A stretch of 64,000 bases of DNA from the human T2T-CHM13v2.0 reference genome, Homo sapiens (GCF_009914755.1 NC_060945.1), one strand, 5' to 3'. Numbered from the stretch's first letter, positions 11,160 to 25,899 are shown. A program made the numbers and translations. Notes: generated from the letters alone by a model not told the origin.

Positions 11160-13425
11160 CCTTCATTTAACCTCTTCATTAGCCACCTCATGCTCACTAT
11201 CAAGTGTGTTACAAAAGGATTGAGTCTTCCTGACTATGCTTTTGGAGTCAATTTAAAAAAAAAAAAAAACTGTTCCTTGCTAGTATAAGAATTACATTAT
11301 CTTGATCTAAAATATTTTTTGAACCTATTCAAAGAAGACTATGCTTTTAACTGAACGTTTTGTCCTTCTGGTTCCCCTTACAAACCTGAGAGAGAATTTT
11401 CAGAAAATGGGAGGTTAGGAAATAGGGCTGTATTGATATGAAGGCCAGGTGGTCATAGGCAGGGACTTCAGAGGATCCAGTGAATAAGAGACTCTGTAAC
11501 AGTGTTAAATGCTTAATCTTCCTGAAGACATTGATGTCACACGTACTAAAATCTATAGAAGTAGTGGTAGAGGGCAGCAAATAAGTTTCTTCATTGAAAA
11601 GGTGGCATGGAAGCTCACTGGGTTACAGAGAGTAAAACGGATGCCGGTGTACGGGAGCCCGAGAAGCAAGTGTTACAAGCTGTTAGCACTGTAATGACCC
11701 AGAAGCTAACAGCCCACAAAGAAGAAGCATGCAGAGATCTCAATGTCTTGGGTGATAGCAAGAGTCAGAGATAAACTCTGAAACTGTGTGGTAGCAGCAA
11801 AGACTGTAATCCTCTTAGGAAGAAATCTAGGCACCTATTCAACCTAGAGTGCAAAAACATGGCAGCCAGAAGAGCTACATTTGGGAACACATAAAAGCCC
11901 TTTGGAAAAGCCATGGCATGGGCAGTGTTTGATCCAGGTAGCGCTTTCCGTGAGTCTGGTAGCATGAACACGGCATGGTGTGATACAGAAGACCGACGTG
12001 GTTTTGAGGCTTCCTTTCTGCTATATTTTCAAGCTGGTAGAGATTAGTAAAATATAGCCTACCATAATAAAGTAATAGCATAATTTAGCATCGATGTAAT
12101 GGAAAATGTCCCCGTTTTATGTTTTGTGGAAACAAAAGGTTTACATTGATATTAATCCCTTAATTTTATTAGTTTGGAGTCTCCCTCTAGATATTTCAGA
12201 ATTTAATTTCTTTTCTCAGAGTTTCCCTCAATTGTATTTAGGAAAACCTCTTATGTTTTCTTCTTAGAAGCCAAGAACAATAAGGAACGTTCTGGAAATA
12301 ATTGACTAAAGCCACTATGCTAGTTCCTCCATGAGTAAGCTGTTCAGCCAGGTAGAATGACATTCCCATGATTCCACTGAGCAAAGTATTTCTCTAGAGG
12401 TAGCTACCTAGATGTTTCAGGCTGGCACGGTTCTATGATAAACTATGGTTGGATGGAGGGAATGACCCACTGCTTGACTGTAACTTAAAGGTTCTCATCT
12501 AGACTCTAGAAGGCAGCAGTTCTAAGTCTGTGTGTTTCCATTCCCTTGTCCAACAAATCCTGTAGTTTTATCCAATATCTTTCTTCCTATATGCGATCAG
12601 AACAAGACTCTCGGATTAAAAGAAAAACAAAACAAAAAGAAATCAGTCTGTTCTGCCTTGAAATCACCTTTCTAGTGTACCTAAGCCTGAAACAAGAAGA
12701 ATAACAATGTCATCATCAACAAACACCTGTACTCTCCCTGACAAAAACATATATTAATTAAAGAAGACTAAAACAAAACAAAATACAAAAGAAAAACAGA
12801 GACCTTCTCCATTATAGCATAGAAAAATCTTAGGGTGGAATAGGGTCTTCCTTTTCTTAAATTCAAATAGCTTCTGCTTAGGCTCACTGAAGCTCACCTT
12901 GCTTACCTAAAGTAGCTCACTTTAACTCTGATTTCTCTCATACTGTTTATACACTGAATGTATAAACTTAGTCTTCTTAGTCCGGTTTCCTTGATTTTGA
13001 TTTCTTTTTTTCCTGCTTTTCTTATCTCACTGCAGCATTCTCCTCTTGTTTGAAGTTTCTCCTTTATCAATTTCTATGTATTATTTTCTGTAACATATGC
13101 ACTTGAGAACAACTTTAATACTTGAAGTCTCCTGTGTGCCTGTAGATCAGGAAAAATTCTAGGTTATGAGTAATGGAAAAAATTCAAGATTTCTTACAGT
13201 GAAAAGGGAAAGGCTGGGAAAAACAGGCAAAATATGAAGAGTTCTAGAGTGTTTATTTTTCTCATAATAAAGTTCATGTTCATAAAAATGTCTGGATTAA
13301 CTGGCACTGCTTTTGTGAACTTGATCTCCAACCAGCTTCTTATTGTTATAAAATATACTCAGGATTCAAAGTCTAGAGGGAAAGCCTGAGCTTGCCTAAT
13401 CCTCATTCAAATGCTTGCTACCTGA

Positions 13426-13737
<312 letters not shown>

Positions 13738-13763
13738 AATCTTCCCATTTGAAATGGTCACTA

Positions 13764-14397
<634 letters not shown>

Positions 14398-15142
14398 TGA
14401 CCATGGCCATTACTTCCAAAGTCTATACATAAAAAGGATTCCTTCAAGAGGAATATTGAATAATAAGAAAGATTTGGTATTGAATGGCTAAAAACTGGCA
14501 ATTACTCACCAAAAATGTAATTTTAATTGTACTTTATTATGGAAAATATTATACAACTATCAAATATATTATTAAACATTTTAAAAATTTGATTAGATGT
14601 TCTGTCTTTAGCATCCAACTAAATAAAGCTTGCATGATTATTATCAGACTAAGGGAAATTTTAGTATAAACACCTGTACATCTTTAACATTTCTCTTTTT
14701 CATATAAACTTCATAATAACTATTTTCATAGTTATAATATTTTATCAAATAGATAAGATATAATTTGCTTATAATCTACCACCTCAGCCCAGGCTCACGG
14801 TGTCAAACACAGGCTAATATTTATTTATTTTGTTGACATGGATAATAATATAAAAACTATTTTTATTTATATAGTCCTTTTCCTACTTTTAGATTATAAG
14901 ATAATCTCCTACAGGAGAAATTACAGTGTTAAATGTCGTAAACATGTTAAACCTTGATCAGTATTGGTACATTACTTTCTAAATACATTCAACATTTCTA
15001 AGCTTGTTTTGAATAAGGCTGTGCAAAAATAAGGTAGATAAAATGGCTGAAACTTCAATTAAGGGAATAGATGTACTATATATGGCCATAGAGAGAAAGA
15101 GAAGCTGCTTGCCTTAAGCTCTACAGAGGGCTCAACAAGCTT

Positions 15143-15166
15143 ACACACACACACACACACACACAC
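15143..15166. repeat. (AC)12 microsatellite
   Basis: Directly visible. Confidence 0.95.
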
Positions 15167-15879
15167 TCCCATTACACTATAAAGAAAAATAATCTGCATC
15201 TGATATATGGTATAGTTGTATGATAATCTTGGCAGAAATCTGGACTTAATGCTCATAAGTAGTAACATGCTAGCACTTCATTACATATTATTGACTTTGA
15301 CTCATATTTGCTGCAAAAAAATATTCCAAAACCATTTGCAACTGAATAAAGCATTCAGTTTGCATGTTGGGAAAACTATTAAAAGTCGCTGCATGAAATT
15401 AAGGAAACCTCTGAGTTTATGAGGCTGCTTATCACATTTAAAGTTGACAGTATGGTTCTTAGGAGGCAGCAGAATGATTATGGTAAAACACTGTAGGTAG
15501 TAAGAGAACTTAAATGCCAAAGATCATTTTACCCAGGAAAAGAGGTAGAGAGGGAGTAATGAAACTAAAGGCTAGACCTAAAACTTCAAGCTTTATTCTT
15601 TCAGAGCAATTTCCTTTTTTTAAATGTACAGAAAAAGAAGTACTTAAAATAATTAATAGAACATTCTGTAAGTAATTCAATTATGCTAAAATTACTTTGA
15701 CTGTCTCTCTGCACTCTCACAGTATTTGGGTAGGTTCACATAGGATGAAGAAGAGAATTCTAAGTCAGAATGTTAAGAGTTAATGTTTCCTTTAAATACC
15801 AGAGCTTGCCTTTGTGATTTATGAAAATGGAACAAGATTGTGGGATCTTTGAAAATAGAGTCAATATCATATTTATTCA

Positions 15880-16110
15880 ATATTCTTTTTTTTTGACCCA
15901 GCTCTATATTTATTTAAAAGACTGTTTCTCCACTGTTCTGCAGTACGGCATTCATCATGAAGTCAGCATTCATATGTGATCAATACGTTCTCTGTTCTTT
16001 TCAACTTCAGTCAATTTGCCCATCTTTGCGTCACTATCACACTATCTTTACTTCGATAGCTCTACAGGTCTTAATATCTGGTTGAATAAATTCTCCATAG
16101 TTGTTTTTCT
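15880..16110 (-). mobile_element. Old L1M ORF2 fragment
   Basis: cactatcacactatctttacttcgatagctctacaggtcttaatatctgg resembles reverse L1M. Confidence 0.5.
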
Positions 16111-16119
16111 TTCTCAAAA

Positions 16120-17256
16120 ATTTGTTTAACAGCTTTATTGAGCTATAACTCACATACCATAAAATTCATCTATTTAAATTATACAATTGAATTTATATGA
16201 TGTATAGTTATAGATATGTGCAACCATGACTACTCCTAGTTTTAGAACATTTTCATCACCACATGAAGAAATCTTGTACTTTTAAGTTATCAGCCCCTAC
16301 ATTCCCATCCTTTCTCCAGCCCTAAGCAACTCTAATCTACTTTCTATCTCTATTCTGGACTTTCATATGAATGTAATTATATACTGGACTTTCATATTAA
16401 TGTATATAATTAAGTAATATAATATGATTATATAATGTGTGATCTTCTGTAATCGGCTCCTTTCACTTTGCCTGGTTTCAAGGTTCATCCATATTGTACC
16501 ATGTATCAGTACTTTCTTTTTTATGGAAAAATTACATTCCATTTTATCATAGTCTACATTTTGATTATCCATTTATTCGTTGATGGACATTTGAGATGTT
16601 TCTACCTATTGGCTATTAATACTGAATAATACTGTTATAAACATATGTGTACGTGTTTTCATTTGTACATATAGGTTTCATTTCTCTTGGGTATGTACGA
16701 AGGACGAGAATTGCTGGGTCATATGGTAGCTCTATGTCTAATTGTTCACAGAACTGCCAGATGTTTTTCATCCCCATTTCCCAGCAACAATGTATAGGGA
16801 CTCAATTTCTTTATATCATCACAAACACTTGTTATTATCTACTTTGATTCTAGCCATCCCAGTTCGTAAGAAGTATTATCTCATTGTGGTTTTTATTTGC
16901 ATTTCTCTGATGACTAATGTTGTTAAGTATCTTTTTATGTGCTTATTAGCCAGTTGTGTATCTTCCTTGGAGAAATGTCTATACAAATACTTTGCACTTT
17001 TTAAATTGTGTTTTTAATTATTGAGTTGTAGAGTTCTTTGTATATTCTGGATATAAGTTTTCTATCATATATAATTTGCATATATTTTCTATTATTTGGA
17101 TTGTCTTTTCACTTTCCTGACAGTGCCTTTTGAAAAACAGAAGTTTTTAATTGTGATAAAGTCCAATTTTTCTATTTTTTCTTTTGTTGATTATGCTTTC
17201 GGTGTCATATCTAAGAAACTTTTGCCAAATGTAAGATCATAAACATTTACCCATGT
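16120..17256 (-). mobile_element. L1MB-type 3' fragment
   Basis: aacagctttattgagctataactcacataccataaaattc is an L1MB 3' end. Antisense ORF2 peptide [26 protein letters not shown]. 29-bp internal duplication at 16352-16409. Confidence 0.88.
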
Positions 17257-18199
17257 GTCTTTTGTCTTTTTCATTCTTGCATACAAATATAATTTCTTAC
17301 ATAATTAAAATATGCTTAATGCATGCATATTAAAAATGTAATTACTAGAACATCAAAGAGGATGAATGTTAAAAGTATGTTAATTGCCACTGTAGAATAT
17401 TCAGGTTGTTTTCTGTGTTTAACTACTCTTATACGAAAAAATATAAGGGTTCAGGTATATTGCTAGTATGCTTTGGTCTTCTTTACCAAACCTTCAATTA
17501 GATGAAAATAATTTGTATAACCCCCAAGCTAAAAGATTCAAAATAGTATTTTCAAAATGTGAAAGCTTAGTTTTGTTAACTTAATTTTCCTTAAAAGCAT
17601 CACAATGAATTCATTGATTTTTCTAAAAAAAAAACTCATTCCTTGGACTATGTTAACTTTTAAAATGTTTACTAAAACCAGTGTGTTTAATAAGAGCATG
17701 ACTTACATAATTTATTTAATCCCTATTAGTATATTATTCCTGGATTTCTCTTAAAAATAAAAGCAAAATTATTTAAGTTATAAACATGTTATAAACATAT
17801 GTGTACTTTTTTTTGTACATTGTCATTTTTATAATCTTATTTTCAGGTTATATTAGGGTTTATTCATTTTGGGGTAAGAAGGCATAAAATATAAGAAAGC
17901 AAAAATTATAAAAAAGATGGGTGAATGAATGAATAGCTGATACCATGAAAGAGGGAATAATCCATAAATTATATAGATATATATATTCTTAAGTAATTAA
18001 ACTTATGAGAGTATTTTTTCCTCTGTCCAATTTCATTTACATTTGGATAAATCTAACTGGAAAGCACAGTTTATGAATTTTACTGTACAGCAATGAGCAA
18101 CTAGATTGTAAAAGATAATAAACTCAACACATAGCCTATCCCATGTCAGAATCAGGTTTAATGTTGAATGTTGCATTTTAAAAATGACAAATTCAAATA

Positions 18200-18460
18200 A
18201 ATATTTACAAAGAAGGATTGACAGAATGTAAACATTCTAGAAAATATTTTATAGAGGAAGAGTTGAAGAAATAGGAGTGTTAATGTAACTAATAGATGAC
18301 TTCAGGAAACATAATGGCTCTTTTACATTTTTGAAGAATAGCCCAATAGAAGATTGAGTTATATTCATAACTAAAGAGAATTTAGAGTTAATACATAAAA
18401 ATTATAAAACGATGGTTTTGCCAACATAAAGATTTTTATAATATTTTCCAAAGTTGTAGA
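18200..18460 (+). mobile_element. L3/CR1 fragment
   Basis: tatagaggaagagttgaagaaataggagtgtt...aaacataatggctctttt resembles the CR1 RT tail. Confidence 0.45.
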
Positions 18461-18514
18461 GTGACTCAGGTTGCAGAAACAAGACTCTGAACTCTTCTAC
18501 ATAGATATTCTTAC

Positions 18515-18614
18515 GTAGTGTGTGATGCTTCTGACCAGGCGGCGTTGGTGTTTGTTCCACCCGTAGGCCCTAGGATTCCATAACACGTTGTTGTTAGATC
18601 CTCCGTTAAAATGT
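18515..18614 (-). other. Candidate 100-bp exon (CpG-rich, unique sequence)
   Basis: Minus strand: catttctatgtgtcttcAG|ACATTTTAACGGAG...CACACACTAC|GTAAGA. Confidence 0.35.
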
Positions 18615-19544
18615 CTGAAGACACATAGAAATGAATTGTTTCAGTCACTATTTTTCTGAAAGTGAAACCACATTACTGAAATATATTATTTTTTGTCCTA
18701 TATGAGGCACAATACCATGACCACCTGTTCGTAGAATGCATCTAACCCAGTCTTTGTTATTTACGGGGTTTGATGATACTTCTGATGCAATTGAAGAGGT
18801 GAAAAAAATGTTCTATATTTTCAGTGCCAATGAAGCTTAAAATAGTTGGAATTTTATGAAGTACTCAGTTTTCTGACAAGAACCCGCTGAAGAGTCTCCT
18901 TAGTGCATCTTCATACTGATAGCTGGAGACTTTGAACACCAAGGCTATGTATGACTTCCCTTGGAGAGACAATTTTAGTGTGGTGGGTACACTCCAAATT
19001 GAACCTGTACTTTTGTAGAGGGAGTGCCAATTCTTCAACAATATTCTCTGTTACATGTAGCTTATAGATGATTATTTTTGCCTAATGTAAAATCAAATGA
19101 ACACGTGCGTAACTTTTTTCTTTTTCTTTTATTTCTTCTGTTTCCTCACTCTTTCCTTCTTTCTCCTTTTTTTAGTTAGTAATTTTTTTATTACCCTGGT
19201 GAGATTAAACCTGGGGCAAAGAATTATTTTTACTTCAATAGTTGGGGTAAATAAATGCATATAGAAAAATAGACACATTTATTTTTGATACAGATGTCTA
19301 AAACTGTCAAGGATATAGACTGAAAAGGAGAAAAAAAACCCAAAACTCAAATTTGTGGCCAACTCAAACTTGAGAAGACCGAATCTGTTTTGTTCCTGAA
19401 AAAGAACTAGTGAAGAGATTGTTGAGATTTTATACTTCCAGGACAAGTATCTAGGATAGTTTTTTTACTTGCAAGGCAGTGGAAACAATATGTGAAAATA
19501 TATATGAAAAATTAAAATTATGTATCTAATAATGAAGCTGGATA

Positions 19545-19812
19545 GTACTAAAGTTATAATGTGTGCTTTCGAGTTAAACTACCGTATTTGATACCATGTT
19601 CCAACATTCTTTTATTTTTGTAGATCAGCTACTTAAGTTCTCTGTGCCTCAGTTTTCTTATCTGTAAACTGTAAGTAATAGTAGTACTTGTTACATTGGA
19701 TATTATGAGGACCAAACAAAATAACAGATTTATCTAAAACTAATAGCTTATAAAACTCTTAGAAACATGTATGACACATAAAAATTGCTCACCACGTGTT
19801 AGTTATTATTTT
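19545..19812 (+). mobile_element. MIR
   Basis: Core acttaagttctctgtgcctcagttttcttatctgtaaa and tail tgttagttattatt. Confidence 0.8.
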
Positions 19813-19984
19813 CTACTATTTTAATGCAAAGAGTTACAAATATATATTATTTGCTTTTTCACTCTGAAAACTCTAAGGATAAAGTTAAATACATTAATCA
19901 CTCATCAGACTTATTTATGCTCAGGTCGCTGGAACACTAAGTTAGTTCTCAGTCTTCTGAATATAGATGCGTCGGAAGAGACTC

Positions 19985-20351
19985 TGCAGTAGTTTGCTAG
20001 GGCTACCATAACAAAGCAACAAAGACTCAGTGGCTCAAACAACAAAAATTTGTCCAAGATCAAGGTATCAGCAAGTCTGGGTTCTTCTAAGGGCTTTGTC
20101 CTTGGCTTGAAGATGACTACCTTCTCCCTGTGTCTTCACATACCTTCCCTCTATACGTGTTTGTGTCTTGATCTCCCCTTCTTAAAGGACACTCATCTTA
20201 TTGGATTAAAATTCACCTGTACAACCTCTTTTTAACCTACCTACCTCTTTACACATCCTGTCCCCAAATTCAGCCACATTATGAGGTTCTGAAGGTTAGG
20301 ACTTCAACATATGAATGTGGGGGTTAACAGGGAACAATTCAGCCCATAGCA
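19985..20351 (-). mobile_element. MLT1A/B-type MaLR solo LTR
   Basis: agtttgctagggctaccataacaaa...gtccaagatcaagg...aggacttcaacatatgaat...caattcagcccatagca. Confidence 0.85.
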
Positions 20352-20821
20352 GTCTCCATGGGTGATGAGATGCTAGAGTTGAGTATGTTAGGATTGGAAC
20401 AGAATTAACCAAAACAGTACATTCAAGGTGTGGCCCAGGGAGCCCCATGAGAATGTCAGTTTGATTAATGGCAGGAAGGCAGCCTCTATGGCAGAGCTCA
20501 GAGGAGCTGTGGGGACATGCTTAGCAAATTATGTACAGCTGTAATTTGTAGGGGTCTTGAGAAGCCTCACCAAGAATAAACATCTAGATTGGCCATGGGC
20601 ATTAACCCATTCTGCAGGCATTAATGAAGGATATGGGGATGCCAAGGCCTGAAATAAGTTTTAAAGTGTAGAAAATTTCTGAATTTTTTAAGGCAATATA
20701 CTTCAAAATAAGTGGTGAAATTCACAAACTTTGTTAAAGCTAAAGTGGAATACAGAGCCTAGCTTAATAATTTGCATCATCACAAAGGGATTTGGATAAA
20801 AGCTTGATGAGTTAAATTTAA

Positions 20822-23189
20822 CACTTTGAAGATATTGCAGGTTTAGTTCTATTCTAGACTACTGCAATAAACCAAATATCACAATAAAACAAATCATTTG
20901 AACTTTTTTATTTTCTCATGCTTATGAAAGATATGTTTATACTATACTGAAGTCTAATAAGTATGTAATAGAATTATGTCTAAAAACAGTGTAGATTTCT
21001 TAATTAAAGTAATTTGTTACTAAAAAAAAATCTAAGAATAGTCACAGCCTTTAGTGAATCATAACCATTTTTCTGGTGTAGGGTCTTGCTTTGATGTTGA
21101 TGACTGATGACTACTCAGGGTGGTGTTTGCTGAAGGCTGGGTTGGCTGTGGCAATTTTAAAAAAAAACACAACAATAAGATTTGTAGCAGTGACTGAATC
21201 TTCCTTTCATGAAAGATTTCTCTGTAGCATGTGATGCTGTTTGATAGAATGTTGCCAACAGTAGAACTTCTTTTAAAATGAAAGTCAATCCTCTCAAGCT
21301 CTGTCACTGTCTTATCAACTAAGTTGATGGAATATTCTCAATCCTTTGTTGTCATTTCAGCAATATTCACAGCATCTTTGCTAGAAGTAGATTGCATTTC
21401 CAGAAATCGCTTTCTTTGCTCATCCATAAGAAACAACTCCTCATCTGTTAAAGTTTTATAAAGAGATTACAGCAATTCAGTCACGTTTTCAGGCTTCACT
21501 TCCAATTCTAGTTCTTTCATGCTTTTCACCACATCTGCAGTTACTTCCTCTACTGAAGTCTTGAACTCTTCCAAGTCATCCCATGAGGGTTGGAATCAAT
21601 CCCTTTCAAAATCCTGTTATTGCTGATATTTTGACCTCCTCCGTGAATCATGAATATTTTTAATGACATTTAGAATGATGAATTCTTTTCAGAAGGTTTT
21701 CAATTTACTTTGCTGAGATCCATCAGAGAAATTGCTATAGTAGCTATGGCCTTACAAAATGTATTTCTTATGTAATAAGACTTGAAAGTTGAAATTACTT
21801 CTTAATCCATGGGCTGAAGAATCGATGTTCTGTTAGCAGGCATAAAAATTAACATTAATCTCCTTGTACATCTCCATCAGAGCTCTTGGGTGACCAAGTA
21901 CATCATCAGTGATCAGTGACATTTTGAAAGGAATCTTTGTGAGCAGTAGGTCTCAACATGCACTTAAAATATTCAGCAAGCCATGCTATAAACGGATGCA
22001 CTGCCATCTAGGCTTCGTTGTTCCATTTATAGAGGACAGGCAGAACAGATTTAGCATAATTCTTAAGAGTCTTTGGATTTTCAGACTGGTAGAAGAGCAT
22101 TGGCTTAAAGTCATTGTATGCATTAGCCCCAAACAAGAGAGTCAGCCTGTCCTTTGAAGTATTGAAGCCAAGAACTGACGTATCTCTAGCAATGTCTTGG
22201 ATGGCAGTTTATTCCAATAGCAGCCCTTTTTGTCTACATTGAAACCTATTGTTTAGTGTAGTCCTCCTTCATCAATTACCCTAGGTAGTTCTAGATAACT
22301 TGCTGCAGCTTCTACGTCAGCACTTGTTGCTTCATCTCGCATTTCTATGTTATGGAGATGGTTTCTTTCCTTAAACCTCATTAACCAAACTTGCTAGCTT
22401 CCAACTTTTTTTCTGCAGCTTCCTCAAGTTTTTCAGCATTTGTAGAATTTATAAAAGAGTTAGGATTTTGCTCTAGATTAGCCTTGGCTTAGGAGAAAAC
22501 CGTGGCTTGTTTAATCTTCTATACAGATCATTAAAAATTTCTACACATCAGCAGTAAGACGGTTTCCCTTTATTATCATTTGTGTGTTCACTGGAGGATT
22601 TAAATTTTCTTCAAAAACTTTTCTTTTGCATTTACAATTTGGCTAACTTGTACAAGAGGCCTACCTTTTGGTCTGTCTTGGCTTTTAATATCCTCACTAA
22701 ACTTAATTATTTCTAACTTTTGATTTAAAATGAGACTTGCAACTCTTCCTTTTACTTGAATATGTAGAGGCCATTGAAGGGTTATTATTGACCTATTTTT
22801 AATATTATTGTGTCTCTGGGGATAAGGAGGCCCCAGGAGAGGAATAAAGGAGGAAATGGCTGGTCAGTGGAGCTGTCAGAACACAACATTCATCAATTGA
22901 GGCTGTCATCTTATATGGGCATGGTTTGTGGTGCCGCAAAACAATTGCAATGTCAATATCAATGATCACTGATTACAGCTCACCATACAGATATAATAAT
23001 AATGAAAAAGTCTGAAATACTGTGAGAATTACCTGAATGTGACACAGAGACACAACTTGAGCACATGCTGTTGGAAAACTGGCACCTGTCGACTTGCTCA
23101 TCACAGGGTTGCCACAAACTTTCAATTTTTAAAAAATGCAATTTTGTGAAGCACGTTGAAGTGAAGTGCCATGAAGCAATGTGTGCCTG
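20822..23189 (-). mobile_element. Near full-length Tigger1 (TcMar/pogo) with decayed transposase
   Basis: ORF 21059-21307(-) ERIDFHFKRSSTVGNILSNSITCYREIFHERK...KLPQPTQPSANTTL matches the Tigger1/TIGD1-type C-terminus. Right end ...gtgtgcctg|TA. Left TIR eroded. Confidence 0.93.
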
Positions 23190-24034
23190 TATTTGGTGTT
23201 TTAATCAGAATCTTTAATGTTTTTCTTAAAATTCAGATGGTTTGGAAATGCATCCTGAGGACACAAACATACAGCAAACCGAAGCATCTATTGTACCCCC
23301 CAACTATGCATCTCTCATAGTGCCTTACAAGAGGGAAACATAATTTGAGAAAATAGAGTCTATTAAGCCCCTCAGATATTTCACAGTGTACATTTTTGTG
23401 TTGCTACAACTTTGTGCATTCCTCTTTCTGTTCCATAAAAAAAGGAACTGCTAGAAACTCGGCTCTTTTCCAAATTGCTATGGGTCCCATTTACTTTTGT
23501 TTTATGTGGAGCTACTCTGCAATATAAACACTATTTTTGTTCTGAAATAGAATTATTATGTTTTAGGTCACATTGGAAAACTTGTGCATGTCTGGGATAA
23601 GCACTGCTTTCTGATTTTCCCAAGAAGCAATCTTTATCTTAAATAAATGGCCTGGCTCTTTCTTAAGCCATTTTAATTTGAAAAGTACCAAAGGAATAGC
23701 AAATTTCAAAGTCTTTATACTGCTGCACCTGTGTGTGTGTATATATGTGCTTCTTATCAAGATAATTCTGTTGCTTTGAGCTCTCTGACACTGGGAAGAA
23801 AACATCCCACTTCATATATTTCTGGCCAGGTTTCTATGATTAATTTTATGCTACAAGAGAAAATTCCAAAGACCTGTAGTGTCAAAGATCACGTTGAACA
23901 GCCTAGCTTTTGATGTTCTTTCTCTTTTTAAGAAATCACATACATGTCTCCGCATAGTCTACTCAGTTCCAGAATTATGAATGATGATCAGCTCTTGTGA
24001 CACTATCTTAATAAATTCTTCGATTTCATACTAC

Positions 24035-25540
24035 TTTTTTCAACAAGTGTTTATTAGATAACTATGTTATTTTCTGAAATATCCTAGGTAGTGACAGAAG
24101 TATGTGAAATAATCAATCTTTAAATTCCTTACATTTTAAAAAGGTAACAAGATATGCTAAATTGTAAAAACAAGTAGTGTAATCATAGGAAATGTATATA
24201 AAGAAAGACTAAACATAATATACATTTAAATATCCAGATCAATGGACAAATAATGAGAAATTTTAGTTTTACTGAAGTTTTCTAAATACACTCCAAAGAA
24301 GATGTAGGATTTGAGACAGGTGAAGAATTCTGAAAGAGGAAAAATAAGATCAATGGCTTAGCAACAAGGGTGCTTGTGACTCATATGTCTTGTGGAGACC
24401 AGCTAGTCTGAAGTGAGGCCAAAAGTTGAGAGTTGTGAAGAGTCTAGACTAGCAAAATGGAACTAAACTGCCCCATGGAGCTTGGCACATCATATAAGGG
24501 ATAGAGGCGCAGACTTGGTCCAATAAGTAATGAAGGTGTTGATAAAGGAAATGGCGTGGTAAAAACCTACTTTGTGAAATGTAAATTTGCTGACTGTGCA
24601 AGACGACATGACTTTGGGGACACTATAGTTAAGAAATCTTGTCACTTTCCATATGTGAGTTCATTAGAGCTGGGGCTAGGGTGAAAGCAGAGAAAATGAG
24701 AAGAAAATGTCAAACAGGGGAGACATTAATGCAATGAATTTGGTGGTAACTTACATAATAAAAAAGAAAGACACTACAGTCCATTGTAGCATTCCATATT
24801 TGGTGCCTGGCATCTGATGTTTCCAGTAACAGAACTGGAGAAACTAGGGAAAGTATTACTAAGTGGGAAAGACAAGGAAGTCAGTGCCTGGACTAATAAG
24901 ATAAACTTGGGGGTCCTCTGAGGGATAAATATCATAAAGGTGATAGTAATTATCAATCAGAACGAAGTTAGGATGGTGATATTGATTTGGAAAAGGGGGC
25001 ATTAAAATGGCAATTGTAAAGTCTAAGTAAGTAGGCTCACCAAGAAAAACACAGCAGAGAGAGAAAAGTAGAGGACAATTGATAAATGGTTTAGTCATGT
25101 TCACCATTAGGAGATGGAGGCTTCCCTCCATCCATGTGATGAGGATGTCACATCAAAGAGGGGGGAATAGTTGGAGAGGTAGGGAGTTTTCCTAAGTAAT
25201 GTCATGGAAGTCAAAGGAGGAGGGAGTGTTTGTTTGAAAATATTGGCTTTTTAAGTATAAAGCAGAACAAGAAAGGAAGGAAGGAAGGAAGGGGAAGACA
25301 ATTCCTTTAAGTGAGAGAAGAGAGTTATAACTCGACTCTTAATAGAGCTATTTAGTATAATAGCAGGAACAAAATCATAATTGCAGGGTGGAAGGGAAGA
25401 AAGGCAAGGTGAAGTAATGTAGGTAGAAGATAAAACCAACATCATTGAAAGTGCCTATATAAAAGATGTGACAATAATTAGGAGCCAGAGGATAAAGTGG
25501 AGGCTTTCCCATTGCGCCTCCCCAAAAGAAGAGATTTCTT
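24035..25540 (-). mobile_element. L2 fragment(s)
   Basis: tcaacaagtgtttattag tail followed by purine-rich reverse L2 body. Confidence 0.55.
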
Positions 25541-25547
25541 TACATAT

Positions 25548-25585
25548 GTGAAAGTAAAGTATTTAAGTGGAAGTAAAGTATTTAA
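25548..25585. repeat. 19-bp tandem duplication (gtg[a/g]aagtaaagtatttaa x2)
   Basis: Directly visible, 1 mismatch. Confidence 0.9.
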
Positions 25586-25899
25586 CTTATTTGAGAAGTT
25601 AGGATTTAAAGCATACATGAAGTGGTAAGATGTGTCTCTTCTCCTTCACCAGGTTAACCTCTCTATCTGGATCTTTGTTAGTGCATCTTTTTAAATCTCT
25701 CCCAAAACCTCGTGTCATTAATTCTTTTTTTTTTTTTTTTGAGGTTTTCATTCTCAAGCAGCTGTCTGCACTGGCTTCTTGCCAGTGTCTGCAAACACAC
25801 TCTGGTCTCCCCATCCACAAGATATTTTCTCTTACTTGTGCTATACCTCTCAGCTACAAGCTCTCTCTTTTTCCCTCTTATAGAGTTTTCTTCCCTTAC

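Noticed and set aside
12891-12910. Two tandem strong minus-strand donors (AG|GTAAGC, AG|GTGAGC)
   Set aside because: No good upstream acceptor found to define an exon.
24794-24803. Second CArG box CCATATTTGG, and scattered AP-1 TGACTCA sites
   Set aside because: The CArG lies inside decayed L2, and the counts are at chance level.
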